64,000 nucleotides of DNA. Source: Prochlorococcus sp. AG-355-B18 (lineage in GTDB: Bacteria; Cyanobacteriota; Cyanobacteriia; PCC-6307; Cyanobiaceae). Of the stretch, positions 32,288-43,466 are shown in pieces. Below the pieces are notes generated by a model. It saw only the letters and a program-made list of their open reading frames with translations. It did not search any database and was not told the origin of the DNA. The stretch spans positions 32,001 to 96,000 of the forward strand of contig QCDI01000002.1 in NCBI GenBank assembly GCA_003280965.1. Direction: 5' to 3'. Positions within the stretch are counted from its first letter, which is position 1. Each line of letters begins with the position of its first letter. Made by a program: the position numbers and the translations under genes.

Positions 32288-33829
32288 ATGAATTTAGAAT
32301 CTTTTCCTTGGCTATCCTCTATTGTTTTATTGCCTATAATCGGGGCACTAATAATGCCTTTCTTAAGTTCGAAGGAAGAAGAAGATAATACACTACCAAG
32401 AAATATCTCATTGACCTTTTTATTTGTAGATTTTTTACTAATAATAGGCGTACTTTTCCAAAAATTTAATCCCTCAGATAGCTCTTTGCAACTTGTAGAG
32501 AGAGCTACATGGCTTCCTTCAATAGGATTAGAGTGGTCTCTTGGTGTAGATGGTTTATCAGCTCCATTAGTAGCTTTGAGTGGATTGATTACATTTTTAT
32601 CAGCTGCAGCAAGTTGGAAAGTAAAGAAAAAATCTAATTTATATTTTGCTCTTTTATTAATTCAAGCATCAGCTCAGGGGCTAGTTTTTCTCTCACAAGA
32701 TTTCCTCTTATTTTTCTTGGCTTGGGAACTTGAGTTGGTTCCGGTATATCTTCTTATTGCTATATGGGGAGGTAAAAAGAAATTATATGCAGCTACTAAA
32801 TTTATTCTTTATACTGCTTTAGCTTCTTTATTAATCCTAATAAGTGGTTTAGCTCTCGCCTTGAGTGGTGATGCATTTACTTTAAATATTACCGACTTAA
32901 CAAATAAACACGTAACAGGCAGCCTAGCATTATTGTCTTATCTTGGATTCTTAATTGGTTTTGGAGTAAAACTACCTATCTTTCCACTTCATACTTGGTT
33001 ACCAGATGCGCATGGAGAGGCAAATGCACCAGTTTCAATGTTACTAGCTGGAATACTTCTCAAAATGGGAGGCTACGCTCTCTTAAGATTTAACGTTCAA
33101 ATATTGCCTGAAGTACATCTGCAAATTGCACCTGCATTAATTATTCTTGGAATCATTAATATAATTTATGGAGCATTAAATGCATTCGCACAAGATAATG
33201 TTAAAAGAAGAATTGCATGTAGCTCAGTAAGTCATATGGGATTCGTTCTTTTGGGAATTGGAGCAGTTGATGCTTTAGGAATAAGCGGAGCAATGCTTCA
33301 AATGATTAGTCACGGTCTTATCGCAGCAGCTATGTTTTTTGTCACGGGATCATTTTATGAAAGAACAAATACCCTTTCGATTCCAAATATGGGAGGCTTA
33401 GCAAAGGTTTTACCAATAACTTTTGCTTTTTTCTTAGCGAGTTCTCTTGCTTCTCTAGCATTACCTGGTATGAGTGGTTTTATTAGCGAAATAACTGTAT
33501 TTCTAGGTATCACAAGTCAAGAGGGGTTCAGCTCTCTATTTAGATCTATCACTATTCTTATTGCAGCTATTGGCCTAGTTTTAACCCCAATATATCTACT
33601 ATCAATGTGTAGAAGAGTATTTTTTGGACCTAGAATTCCAGCCCTTGCTACAGTTAAAGAGATGAATGGTAGAGAATTAACGATTGGTTTTAGTTTATTA
33701 TTGCCTACTCTAGTGATAGGTTTTTGGCCTAAAATCGCCATAAATTTATATGAATCTTCAACAAATGCTCTCAGTCAGCAGCTAACTTTGGCTAAATTAG
33801 TTGGAATAATTACACCATTAGTTAGTTAA
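32288..33829 (+). CDS. ndhD: NAD(P)H-quinone oxidoreductase (NDH-1) subunit 4
   Basis: [46 protein letters not shown]. Confidence 0.95.
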   Translation: MNLESFPWLSSIVLLPIIGALIMPFLSSKEEEDNTLPRNISLTFLFVDFLLIIGVLFQKFNPSDSSLQLVERATWLPSIGLEWSLGVDGLSAPLVALSGLITFLSAAASWKVKKKSNLYFALLLIQASAQGLVFLSQDFLLFFLAWELELVPVYLLIAIWGGKKKLYAATKFILYTALASLLILISGLALALSGDAFTLNITDLTNKHVTGSLALLSYLGFLIGFGVKLPIFPLHTWLPDAHGEANAPVSMLLAGILLKMGGYALLRFNVQILPEVHLQIAPALIILGIINIIYGALNAFAQDNVKRRIACSSVSHMGFVLLGIGAVDALGISGAMLQMISHGLIAAAMFFVTGSFYERTNTLSIPNMGGLAKVLPITFAFFLASSLASLALPGMSGFISEITVFLGITSQEGFSSLFRSITILIAAIGLVLTPIYLLSMCRRVFFGPRIPALATVKEMNGRELTIGFSLLLPTLVIGFWPKIAINLYESSTNALSQQLTLAKLVGIITPLVS

Positions 33830-33841
33830 TTCTTTTTATAA

Positions 33842-35929
33842 ATGAATACCTCAATTTTTAAATATGGAGAATTACCAGAATTTAAAGAATTTACTCCAGA
33901 AAACATCAGAAAACAATTTCCATTAGTACTAGAAAAGATAGCCGAAGATTTTAAAGAAATAGAGGAAAATTTATCAAATTATTTGACTCATAATCATTTA
34001 ACTTGGGACAAAGTAATAAATCCTTTAAATGAAGTCAATGAAATTCTCAGGTGGAGTTGGGGAGTAATAAGTCACCTAAATGCGGTGAATAATTCTGAAA
34101 GTCTTAGAGATATTTATTCAAAATTTCTTCCCGAGATTATTAGCTTGAGTAACAAATTCGGACAAAGTAAAATAATTTATAATTCCTTAGTAAAGCTTAA
34201 AGAGAGAAATAACTTTGATCAAATCAAAAACAGAATTTTAGAAAAAGAAATTCTTGAGATGCAACATAGAGGAATTTCACTACTAAAAAATGATCAGGAA
34301 GAATTCAATAACATTTCAGAAAAGCTTGGAAAGCTAACAACTGATTTTAGCAACAATGTCCTTGATGCCACTAATCATTGGATTTTAATATTAAATAAAA
34401 AATCCGAAGTTGATGGCCTTCCTGAACGAGTACTTGAAATGATGGCAATTTCTGCCCACAATCATTTAAAAAAAGAAGGTGAAGTTGATATTAAAAATGG
34501 TCCTTGGAAATTAAGTCTAGATATTCCAACTTATACATCATTTATGACATATGCTACCGATCGTAACCTAAGAGAAAAACTATATAAAGCATTTGTTGGT
34601 AGGGCTTCTCAAGGAGAAAATAATAATTCTCAAATCATTGAAGAAATATTATCTCTCAGAACTAAAAAGGCTAACCTTCTCGGTTATAAAAGTTGGGCAG
34701 AATTAAGTTTGTCAACAAAAATGGCGAAGGAAATAAAGAATGTTGAAAACCTTTTAGAAGAATTGAGAGAACCAGCATTCAAAACCGCAAAAATTGAATT
34801 AGAAACGCTAGATAAGTTTTCTAAAACTAATGGGTTTCCAAAATCTCAAAATATTGAGCCATGGGATATTAGTTATTGGTCTGAACTTCTTAGAAAGGAA
34901 AAGCTCAATTTAGATCAAGAGTCATTGAGACCTTGGTTTCCCCTAAATGATGTATTGAAAGGTTTATTTAAATTAAGTGAAAAACTTTTTGAAATTAAAG
35001 TTGTCGAAGCAACCGATGAAGCACCTCTGTGGAATGATGACGTTTTATTTTTTAATATTCTAAATAAAGAAGATAACAAAATAGCATCTTTTTACCTCGA
35101 TCCATATTCTAGGCCTGAATCTAAGAGAGGAGGGGCTTGGATGGACGAATGCTTGAATAAAAATAATATTGGCAAAAAGACCCTACCGGTAGCTTATCTC
35201 GTTTGTAATCAGACTCCACCATCAAAAGATAGACCTAGTTTGATGAGTTTTGAAGAGGTTCAGACATTATTCCATGAATTTGGCCATGGCCTTCAACACA
35301 TGCTTACCACTGTAAATCTTCCTCAAGCAGCTGGCATCAATAATGTTGAATGGGATGCAGTCGAACTTCCAAGTCAATTTATGGAAAACTGGTGTTTCCA
35401 TAAAAATACTCTCTTGAATATTGCTAAGCACTATAAAACAGGAGAAAAATTGTCTGATGAAAATTTTGAAAAGCTCCTAAAGAATAGAACTTTTAATTGT
35501 GGAATGGCTACTCTTAGACAACTACATTTTGCTATTACAGACCTTAGATTACATAGTAGTATTGACAAAAACGAAGGGAAAACGGCAGATGAAATAAGAA
35601 GAGAAATTGCAAAACAAACTACAGTTATTTCTCCAATTAAGGAAGATAAATTTCTTTGTTGTTTTAGTCATATTTTTGCAGGAGGTTATTCTGCCGGATA
35701 TTACTCTTACAAATGGGCTGAGGTTCTAAGTGCTGATGCTTTTTCTATGTTCGAAGAAGCTGATCTAGAAAACTCTGAAGATTTAAAGTTAATAGGAAAA
35801 AAATTCAAAGATACAATACTTAGCTTAGGTGGAAGCTTACCTCCATTAGATATATTCAAACTATTCAGAGGAAGAGAGCCACAAACAGATTCCTTAATAA
35901 GACACTTAGGCCTATCTGGAACTACTTAA
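33842..35929 (+). CDS. prlC: Oligopeptidase A (M3 metallopeptidase)
   Basis: HEFGHGLQH zinc motif, WDAVELPSQ, FSHIF.GGY.AGYYSY.WAE. Confidence 0.95.
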   Translation: MNTSIFKYGELPEFKEFTPENIRKQFPLVLEKIAEDFKEIEENLSNYLTHNHLTWDKVINPLNEVNEILRWSWGVISHLNAVNNSESLRDIYSKFLPEIISLSNKFGQSKIIYNSLVKLKERNNFDQIKNRILEKEILEMQHRGISLLKNDQEEFNNISEKLGKLTTDFSNNVLDATNHWILILNKKSEVDGLPERVLEMMAISAHNHLKKEGEVDIKNGPWKLSLDIPTYTSFMTYATDRNLREKLYKAFVGRASQGENNNSQIIEEILSLRTKKANLLGYKSWAELSLSTKMAKEIKNVENLLEELREPAFKTAKIELETLDKFSKTNGFPKSQNIEPWDISYWSELLRKEKLNLDQESLRPWFPLNDVLKGLFKLSEKLFEIKVVEATDEAPLWNDDVLFFNILNKEDNKIASFYLDPYSRPESKRGGAWMDECLNKNNIGKKTLPVAYLVCNQTPPSKDRPSLMSFEEVQTLFHEFGHGLQHMLTTVNLPQAAGINNVEWDAVELPSQFMENWCFHKNTLLNIAKHYKTGEKLSDENFEKLLKNRTFNCGMATLRQLHFAITDLRLHSSIDKNEGKTADEIRREIAKQTTVISPIKEDKFLCCFSHIFAGGYSAGYYSYKWAEVLSADAFSMFEEADLENSEDLKLIGKKFKDTILSLGGSLPPLDIFKLFRGREPQTDSLIRHLGLSGTT

Positions 35930-36524
35930 TAATTTCTCCAATTATCTTGTCAACCGCAGAATTATTTCTCACAAGATTTCTATGTTTATATACTTTTACT
36001 GATATTTTTTTCCCTAAATTTAAATTAGTCCACCAGCTAGGGAAAACCATAAAATCCCAATAAGTAAAGAAATTTATACATTCGATATCATCAAGTAAAA
36101 AATCATTCTTTGCCAGCTCTCTCAAAAACTTACTTTTTATTTTCATTTCTGATATTCCCCTAAAAGGAAATTTTGGCACTAATTGAGCTATAAATGTTCC
36201 TTTGTGAGGGGAACCTATAGATATAAATCTTCTTGTTCTTTTATAACCATTAAATTTTTGAAGCCAGTATCTACCAATTATTCCTCCCATAGAGAATCCC
36301 AAAATATCTAATTTTTTTTCTAAACCATATTTCTCTAAAATTAATTCGTTTAATATATTTGTCAAATCAATAATTGAAGTCATTCCATATGAATGCTTAA
36401 GAGTTGGGGCAAAATATTCAACTCCAATATCATCAAGTTTTGAGGAGATAGATGAAAAAATACTTGAATTATTCCAAAGACCATGAATCAATATAATGGG
36501 ATTTCTTTTTTCCAATACTTTCAA
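35922..36524 (-). CDS. Lipase/esterase (alpha/beta hydrolase)
   Basis: PIILIHGL, GFSMGG elbow, SIGSPH.GT. Confidence 0.85.
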   Translation of the reverse strand: MKVLEKRNPIILIHGLWNNSSIFSSISSKLDDIGVEYFAPTLKHSYGMTSIIDLTNILNELILEKYGLEKKLDILGFSMGGIIGRYWLQKFNGYKRTRRFISIGSPHKGTFIAQLVPKFPFRGISEMKIKSKFLRELAKNDFLLDDIECINFFTYWDFMVFPSWWTNLNLGKKISVKVYKHRNLVRNNSAVDKIIGEIIK

Positions 36525-36889
36525 TTATTTTCGAGAATTCTTACTATTGATACCTTCCCATCAAAACCCGTAATTGGAGGATTGCATTTTGTCAAAATAA
36601 TTTTAATTTTAGAAAGCTTAAATTCCTGATCAATGCTCTCTAATATTGAGTTTGAATATTTTTCGATTGTGAAACAACATATTTTCTTGGATTGATCTTT
36701 TAAAATTTGAACTAATTTTGAATAGTCAACTGTTTTTTTTATATCGTCGTTTACTGTACATTTTTCATAATCAGTCCACAAAAATATATCCAAACTAAAC
36801 AATTGTCCTAATTTTCTTTCTTCATCAAGAACACCCACCCTAGCCCAGAGTTTAATATTCTCAATTTTTAAAAACGTTTCCATCTTCAA
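36521..36889 (-). CDS. folB: Dihydroneopterin aldolase
   Basis: GVL.EER..GQ.F..D, DD...TVDY, TIEK, K..PP. Confidence 0.9.
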   Translation of the reverse strand: MKMETFLKIENIKLWARVGVLDEERKLGQLFSLDIFLWTDYEKCTVNDDIKKTVDYSKLVQILKDQSKKICCFTIEKYSNSILESIDQEFKLSKIKIILTKCNPPITGFDGKVSIVRILENN

Positions 36890-36894
36890 AATTT

Positions 36895-38205
36895 CTAAAA
36901 ATCCTTATGAGTATAGGTAGCCTTACCAGCCGAAAAATCATCAACTATATTCCCATCACCTTTTAGAAAATATTTATAAGTTACCAAACCTTCGAGGCCA
37001 ACTGGTCCTCTTGGTGGCAGAGATTGAGTAGATATCCCAACTTCCGCTCCAAATCCATATCTAAAACCATCGGCAAATCTTGTAGAGCAATTATGAAAAA
37101 CACCTGCACTATCTACAATATTCATAAATTTATTAGCATTAATTGAATTTTCAGTAATTATTCCATCTGTGTGTTTTGAACTAAATTTTTGAATATGAGC
37201 GATTGCCTCATTAAGATCGTCAACGATTTTTACCGATAAGATTAAATCCAAATATTCAGTTTGCCAATCTTCTAGACTGGCCTCATGCTTCAAACCTAAT
37301 TCAACAGATCTTTTATCACCGATTAATTTAACATCATTTGAATTAAATAAAGGTATCGCCTTTTCAAGAAAAACTGGTGCAAAATCTTTATGAACTAATA
37401 AAGTTTCAATAGCATTACATGCAGCGGGATACTGAGTTTTACTGTCTAAAGCAACTGATAAAGCCATTTCAAGATTTGCTTCACTATCTATATACAAGTG
37501 ACAAATTCCATCAGCATGACCTAGCACAGGAATTCTTGTATTCTCTTGAATGAATTTAACTAATTCATTACTTCCTCTTGGAATTATTAAATTGATATGA
37601 TTCTCAAGATTTAACATCGACATACTATCTTTTCTGCTTGTAAGTAAGCATATTGCATTTTTATCAAGGCCAGATTTAGATAATCCCTTTTGTAAGGCAT
37701 TAACTATCGCAGCGTTTGTCAAATTAGCTTCACTACCGCCCTTTAGCATTACTCCATTACCTGATCTAATTGCTAAAGAACTAATCTGCATAACAGCATC
37801 GGGTCTAGATTCAAAAATTACCCCTAAAACTCCTATGGGTACGGTTTTTCTTTCTAGGATCAGTCCTTTGGAAAGCTCTCTTTTTATTTGTACTTGATTT
37901 ACAGGATCAGACAAGTCTCCAACTTTTCTTACACCTTCAATTCCTGAATTTAATTTTTCTTTTGATAACTTTAATCTAGAGAGTAAAGCCTTTGAGATGC
38001 CTTTCTTTTCTGCTATTTTATAGTCCTCACCATTAGCCTCTAATATTTCTTTAGTATGTTTTTCTAGATAATCAGCCATAAAATTTAAGGCTTTAATTCT
38101 ATTTTGATTTTTAGTTTGACTTATTTTTATTGATGCCAAACGAACTTGATCAGCTTTTTCTAGAAGATCATTCCCTGGTTGAGGGACTTCGAAAATATTA
38201 GCCAT
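36895..38205 (-). CDS. proA: Gamma-glutamyl phosphate reductase
   Basis: VPIGVLGVIFESRP, LKGGSEA, IPRGS, CNAIETLL, STRFADG, RGPVGL. Confidence 0.97.
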   Translation of the reverse strand: MANIFEVPQPGNDLLEKADQVRLASIKISQTKNQNRIKALNFMADYLEKHTKEILEANGEDYKIAEKKGISKALLSRLKLSKEKLNSGIEGVRKVGDLSDPVNQVQIKRELSKGLILERKTVPIGVLGVIFESRPDAVMQISSLAIRSGNGVMLKGGSEANLTNAAIVNALQKGLSKSGLDKNAICLLTSRKDSMSMLNLENHINLIIPRGSNELVKFIQENTRIPVLGHADGICHLYIDSEANLEMALSVALDSKTQYPAACNAIETLLVHKDFAPVFLEKAIPLFNSNDVKLIGDKRSVELGLKHEASLEDWQTEYLDLILSVKIVDDLNEAIAHIQKFSSKHTDGIITENSINANKFMNIVDSAGVFHNCSTRFADGFRYGFGAEVGISTQSLPPRGPVGLEGLVTYKYFLKGDGNIVDDFSAGKATYTHKDF

Positions 38206-38268
38206 AAAATTTTTTAGTTAATTCAATAATAATTCAAATTAACGATTCTTTAAACAAACTTTTTTGCA

Positions 38269-41200
38269 TTAATATCTAAAAAATAATTGAACTTGACTTT
38301 TCCAATCTCCATTGGAATCATAAGAACCTAACAATTCTAAATTTGGATTGGCCTGAAAAGTCAAAATTCCTAGAGGTGAAAGATCCTCTCTACCTGGAAC
38401 GGTTTGAAAGGCAAAATTTATTGCATCAGTAATATCAAGTCCTAGTTCAGCAACCCAAGCTTGAGAAGAAAATTCCTCATTAGAAAATGATTGCCCATCA
38501 TTTTCTATATCTAAATTTTCATTAGAAAAAATATTATTTAAGGAATCATTATTTTCTATTAACGCTGGATATAAAGAGAACTGAAATCTTTCACTGAAAG
38601 CATCTGCATTATTAATTTGAGAAATAAATGCCCTATTTATTAAATTTGCAGAGTTGCCTCCAATTAAACCAATTATTTGTGATCTGTTATAACTTGGCGT
38701 ACTCCTTAATTGAATTCTTCTATTTTCATCTTCAAAAGATAATTGATCTAAAAACCCTTCGTAAGATGCTTCAATTTTGATAAGTCTTGAATTACCAATA
38801 CCAAATGATCCAAACCCACTAGAAGTAGAATTTACATCAATATCACCTGAGATGTTTGAATCCTGATTATTTTCACTTATAGGTATTATAGAGTCTGGAA
38901 CTTTACTAACCAGGGAAAAATTAATAAATGGAACGACACCACTTCTTGATGCAAACAAAATATAGTTGTCTTTATTTTTATCAAGTTTAAATGGAGTAGT
39001 ATAAAGGTTAGCTTTACCATTTTTAAGATAAATTAAACCCCTAGCATTTAAATCTTTCCCTACCTTTCCTTTTATATTAAGGTCTAATTTGGTATCTAAA
39101 TAAGCTTGAACTATCTCTGAATATTGAAGTTTAAAATTTGGACCAAGTTTTAATTTTAAATTATTAAAACCCAAATTATCTAAATAATTAGGCAATGTTT
39201 CTCCTAAGAGCACCGAATTTAAAATTGTTTCATTCGAAATTATTTCAATACTTTTATTATTATTCCAATAGAGTTCTGGCCAATCGTTTTTAGCTCCCTT
39301 TTTAAGATTTTTATCTAATTTATTATTTTGATTATTACTATCAAAGTTAATAAATCCATTATTAAGAGATAAATTACCTCCCAAAACAGGCTTTTCAAAT
39401 GATCCACTTAAATCTATATCTGAATCTATTAGGAAATTAGAATTGTCTGTCTTTAAAGTTAATTTATTCGTTATCAAATTAATCTCTGATTCACCAGATT
39501 CATTCTTACTGTAAAAAGGCAAAGAACCTCTTATAGATATATCTCCAGAATCCTCCGACTTTGCTTTGAGATTCTTAATTTCTAATGAATCAAAATCAAA
39601 AATTATCAAGCTATTAATATCTTTAATTATGTTTTTGTAAAAATCAATTTCGGAATCTTTAATAACTATAAAACCGTTCAATATTGGTTTATTTAAACTT
39701 CCTTTAATTATCATCCGAAGATTCACTTCACCCTCTTTAAAGACAAAGTATTCATCAGCAAAAATATCTATTAACTCAATAAATTTTCCATTACCAATCA
39801 ATCTTAGATCTAAGTTATCTGATTTATTTATAGGTATTGAGCCTTCAATATTAATTGGAATTTGAGAGTCATTTAATAATAGTGAAAAATCAATATCAAA
39901 AATAGAATTTTTAAATTCAATTAGTCCTTTGTTAAATACTATTTTTGTATTTTTTATTGTTGAATTATTAGAAGAAATTTTACTAGCGAAAGATCTTGTA
40001 TCAAGATCATAAAATAAATTCATATCCAAACCTCCTGAAAAATCTCTTGATTTATTTAAAAAAATATTTGCAGTACTTAATGGTAGTTTTTTAATTCTTA
40101 AAGAACCTTTACCGCTTAATAACCCTCCTTCCAAATCAACAGAAAATTCCTCTTTATTATTTTTTTCATCCTCTATAGAGTCATTAAAATACCCATTTAT
40201 TTTTGCGTTTAAATTGTAGTTGCTTGGTCTATCGCCCTTAATAGTTAGCTTTGCACTATATCTACTACTAAATTTATTTAAATATTTTTGCAAGTTAAAT
40301 TTGTCTTCTAGAGCATTATTATTTTCAATAAAGTTATTTATAAAATCGATCTTTTGTTTAAATGATTTATTATCTTTATTTATTTCCAAATCACTCAAAA
40401 TATTCGATTTACTTATGGGAATATCTTTTTTGTTATCAAAGTTAAAAATGTCAACAGCAGTTAGGATAGTCCATCTAGTACTTATATTGGTGAATTCTGA
40501 ATTAATTAAATTATTTTTATTTGAATCATATTCGACTTCAATTATTCCTCCATCAATTGGATACAAAGAGGAGTTTATATAAAAAGAATTATTTTTGAAG
40601 CTGAAATCAAATAATGAATTTGCTAGCTTAATATTTCTATATTTTCCTAAACTCCAAGCAAGTCGCCCATCAAGATTTGAGAGGTCTAAAGAAATTGATC
40701 CCCCACCATTAATAATTCCATTAACTCTATCGAATTGATTTTTGCTTAAAGATAATTCAAGTTCATCAAGGGTGAAATTATTAGCTTTCCAAATATAACT
40801 ATTATTATCTTTAAATAATTCTATGCTTCCTTTATTAGAATTATAAATTCTACTAAAAGATACATTATCTAATTTTAGATTAGAATCAAACTTTATAGAT
40901 AGAAAAGAAGGAATTGGAGAGTATCTATTTTTCATATTTAAAAGAAACTTATCATTTTTATTGTTAATTTCTCCCTCCCATATTTCTCTGATCCGAATCC
41001 CTTTGAAGTGAGGATAATCAACATTAAAATTTATTGAAATATCAGGATCAGTAATTTTTCCTTTTAATTCGCCTTTAGCAGTAACAAAACCCCTGATATC
41101 ATTTTTTCGGAAAATATTTAAATTAGATAATTGAGTTCTATTTATTTTGAAACTAGAATCGATATCACCAAAATTAATACCTCTCCTATCAAACCAGTAG

Positions 41201-42225
41201 GGAACATTCCCCAATAGTTCAATATCTGGATTTAGACTATTAACATATCCAACACTTCCTTTTAGATCAATTTTATTAGAACTTTTATTTAATGGTATGT
41301 TTAGATTAAAATTTGAATTCAAAGTTCCATAATTTAAGTTTTCGGAATTTCCTACTAAATTATTATCTTTACAAAAAAACCTAGTAGAATCTGAATTTAT
41401 ATTCTCTGAGAAATCTTTTGGTTTTATTTTTAAATTAGTAAAAGAAAATCTTCCTTGGCAAAATGTTTGTGTTGATGATTTATTAAATTTAAAGTTAGAT
41501 TTAAAATTACCCTTTTTAATGCTAATTTTTCTATTCCCAATATTATAAATAGAGCCATCAAGATCTAATCCTCTAGAAAACAACTCCAGCTTTAAAAAGT
41601 CTTCATTTAATTTTGTATTAAATTTAAATTTTAGAAGACCCTTACCATCAAAATTTGATTTTATATTTGCAATAATTTCTCTATTACTTGGCTTATAAAT
41701 AACGTTACCTTTTAGCTTTGTTTCTAGTCCTGATTTTTTAAGATTAAAAATTGAATAATTATTAAAGTTAAAATTCAATTCATATTTTATTTTTGATTTA
41801 TTTTTACTTATGGATTTTTCATAATGTTTTTCCCTTTTAAAAAAATCTCTCTCAATATTAATTTCAGATTGATGAGGCCTTATTTTTACTATCCATTTTT
41901 GTTTTAAAAAAGATCTAAAAGGCATAATGCCCACATATACATTTTTAGCTTTAATTTCAGAATCTATATCTTTTTTATCATTAATTTTTGAATTACCCAA
42001 AGAAATACCTAGAAATCTAATCCCGACATAATCTCCTAAATCGACATTTTTATCTAAAAGATTCTCAATTCTTTTTTCTAGTTCTAATTTTCTAGAACTA
42101 TAAGTTTCTTTTAAAAAATTATTTAATAAAAAAGTGCATAAAGAACCTAAGGAGAAAAGCGCCCCTACTAAAAGAATCTTAGTATTTAAATTTAGAGATT
42201 TAATTTTTTTCAAGTAAGAGCCCAA
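38269..42225 (-). CDS. tamB: TamB/DUF490 translocation-and-assembly-module protein (TIC236-like)
   Basis: 1318 aa, single N-terminal TM anchor, beta-rich repeats (G..TDP.I, KGSLNKPILNG), LRSTP...RSQII.LIG near C-terminus, terminal FRY. Confidence 0.8.
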   Translation of the reverse strand: MGSYLKKIKSLNLNTKILLVGALFSLGSLCTFLLNNFLKETYSSRKLELEKRIENLLDKNVDLGDYVGIRFLGISLGNSKINDKKDIDSEIKAKNVYVGIMPFRSFLKQKWIVKIRPHQSEINIERDFFKREKHYEKSISKNKSKIKYELNFNFNNYSIFNLKKSGLETKLKGNVIYKPSNREIIANIKSNFDGKGLLKFKFNTKLNEDFLKLELFSRGLDLDGSIYNIGNRKISIKKGNFKSNFKFNKSSTQTFCQGRFSFTNLKIKPKDFSENINSDSTRFFCKDNNLVGNSENLNYGTLNSNFNLNIPLNKSSNKIDLKGSVGYVNSLNPDIELLGNVPYWFDRRGINFGDIDSSFKINRTQLSNLNIFRKNDIRGFVTAKGELKGKITDPDISINFNVDYPHFKGIRIREIWEGEINNKNDKFLLNMKNRYSPIPSFLSIKFDSNLKLDNVSFSRIYNSNKGSIELFKDNNSYIWKANNFTLDELELSLSKNQFDRVNGIINGGGSISLDLSNLDGRLAWSLGKYRNIKLANSLFDFSFKNNSFYINSSLYPIDGGIIEVEYDSNKNNLINSEFTNISTRWTILTAVDIFNFDNKKDIPISKSNILSDLEINKDNKSFKQKIDFINNFIENNNALEDKFNLQKYLNKFSSRYSAKLTIKGDRPSNYNLNAKINGYFNDSIEDEKNNKEEFSVDLEGGLLSGKGSLRIKKLPLSTANIFLNKSRDFSGGLDMNLFYDLDTRSFASKISSNNSTIKNTKIVFNKGLIEFKNSIFDIDFSLLLNDSQIPINIEGSIPINKSDNLDLRLIGNGKFIELIDIFADEYFVFKEGEVNLRMIIKGSLNKPILNGFIVIKDSEIDFYKNIIKDINSLIIFDFDSLEIKNLKAKSEDSGDISIRGSLPFYSKNESGESEINLITNKLTLKTDNSNFLIDSDIDLSGSFEKPVLGGNLSLNNGFINFDSNNQNNKLDKNLKKGAKNDWPELYWNNNKSIEIISNETILNSVLLGETLPNYLDNLGFNNLKLKLGPNFKLQYSEIVQAYLDTKLDLNIKGKVGKDLNARGLIYLKNGKANLYTTPFKLDKNKDNYILFASRSGVVPFINFSLVSKVPDSIIPISENNQDSNISGDIDVNSTSSGFGSFGIGNSRLIKIEASYEGFLDQLSFEDENRRIQLRSTPSYNRSQIIGLIGGNSANLINRAFISQINNADAFSERFQFSLYPALIENNDSLNNIFSNENLDIENDGQSFSNEEFSSQAWVAELGLDITDAINFAFQTVPGREDLSPLGILTFQANPNLELLGSYDSNGDWKSQVQLFFRY

Positions 42226-42277
42226 AAATAGAGTAGGCTTACAAAATATAAGAAATTAATCAGGTCAAAGCCACTAA

Positions 42278-42721
42278 ATGTCTTTTTTTGAACTATTAGA
42301 GAATACACCAAAAATTTTTGGATTATTTGGAATATTTCTTTTTATTTGCACAATAGCAGCTTTTATATTTAATTTTGGTTTTAAATTTCGAATAATTGGA
42401 GCAACTATCTTTTCATTATTACTTTCTTTAAGTAGTTGGGCTTTTATACAAAGTTACTCCCAGAAGGTTGTAATAGAAGGTGCAAAATATGTTCCAATTG
42501 TTTATGACAACGGGTTCGATTTGATTATTGCTAAAGTAGATAGTAACTTTCCAGAAGAATCTCTTGAACCAACTTTAGAACAATTATCGGAAAACATACT
42601 AAAAGGTAGCCGGTCAGGTGCGAACATAAGAATTAAGATAAGAAAACTTGAAAAAATTTCAGATGGTGTAAGTAAACCAGTTGTTATAGGAGAAGTTCAG
42701 AAAAATGTCAAAATGAATTAG
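42278..42721 (+). CDS. ycf51: Ycf51-family (DUF2518) protein
   Basis: Two TM helices, FR.IGAT.F, IEGA...PIVYDNG, TLEQ...N, G.S.P..IGE. Confidence 0.82.
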   Translation: MSFFELLENTPKIFGLFGIFLFICTIAAFIFNFGFKFRIIGATIFSLLLSLSSWAFIQSYSQKVVIEGAKYVPIVYDNGFDLIIAKVDSNFPEESLEPTLEQLSENILKGSRSGANIRIKIRKLEKISDGVSKPVVIGEVQKNVKMN

Positions 42722-42732
42722 TCTGTTAAAAC

Positions 42733-43152
42733 ATGGAAAGTAAAACCTTTTTAGATTTTTTGCCAACTAATTTCAGACATGAGAAGTCTTTTTTTATTCA
42801 AAATAATCTAACTGACTTTGAAAAATTAAGTAATCTTTCGGATTTAGATATTAATGAGATTCAAAGAAAATCTTCACTATGTACATTGAACAATCTAAAG
42901 AAAATTAGAGCTATTGCTATTTTTAAAAAAGAAATTGGAATTTCTCCACCGCAAGCATATCTACTTTTACATTGCGGTATATCTTCTCTTAAATCATTAT
43001 CGATATCTACCCCTTACGAATTAGAACGGAAAATTGGAAGATTAGAAAGAATTCTTAGAGTAAAAACTAAGACAGATACAACTTTTACTCTCTTAAAAGA
43101 ATGGATTAAAAAAGCTAGTCAGATCGACAAATCTATTAGGAATCTTGGATAA
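42733..43152 (+). CDS. DUF4332-family protein (HhH-like)
   Basis: P.QA.LL.H.GI.S...L...P.EL...R, WI..A pattern. Confidence 0.72.
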   Translation: MESKTFLDFLPTNFRHEKSFFIQNNLTDFEKLSNLSDLDINEIQRKSSLCTLNNLKKIRAIAIFKKEIGISPPQAYLLLHCGISSLKSLSISTPYELERKIGRLERILRVKTKTDTTFTLLKEWIKKASQIDKSIRNLG

Positions 43153-43186
43153 AAAAATTTTTTAATGTAGAATTTAGAAAAAGTTA

Positions 43187-43459
43187 GTGATAATGAAACC
43201 TTTATTATTTTTTTTATTTTTGTTTTTCAACTCTTTATACCCTGTTTTAAGTCAATCTAACTTATTGGAAACTGTAAAAAAGAATCCAAACGAAGCTAGG
43301 AATTTATGTAGTAAGTTTAGAGAATTTAATTCAAAAGGTATTTCTGCTAGTTCAGATAAAGCTATAGAGTACGTATCAAACAAAAAAAAGTTAACTCCCG
43401 TTAACGCAGAGATCTTTTCTATTTACGTTATTGGGCTGCACTGTCCAGATATTATCTAA
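43187..43459 (+). CDS. Small secreted protein with two Cys (C-terminal ..HCP)
   Basis: Signal peptide (MKPLLFFLFLFF...VLS); LCSKF and YVIGLHCPD. Confidence 0.75.
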   Translation: MIMKPLLFFLFLFFNSLYPVLSQSNLLETVKKNPNEARNLCSKFREFNSKGISASSDKAIEYVSNKKKLTPVNAEIFSIYVIGLHCPDII

Positions 43460-43466
43460 AGTCTAA

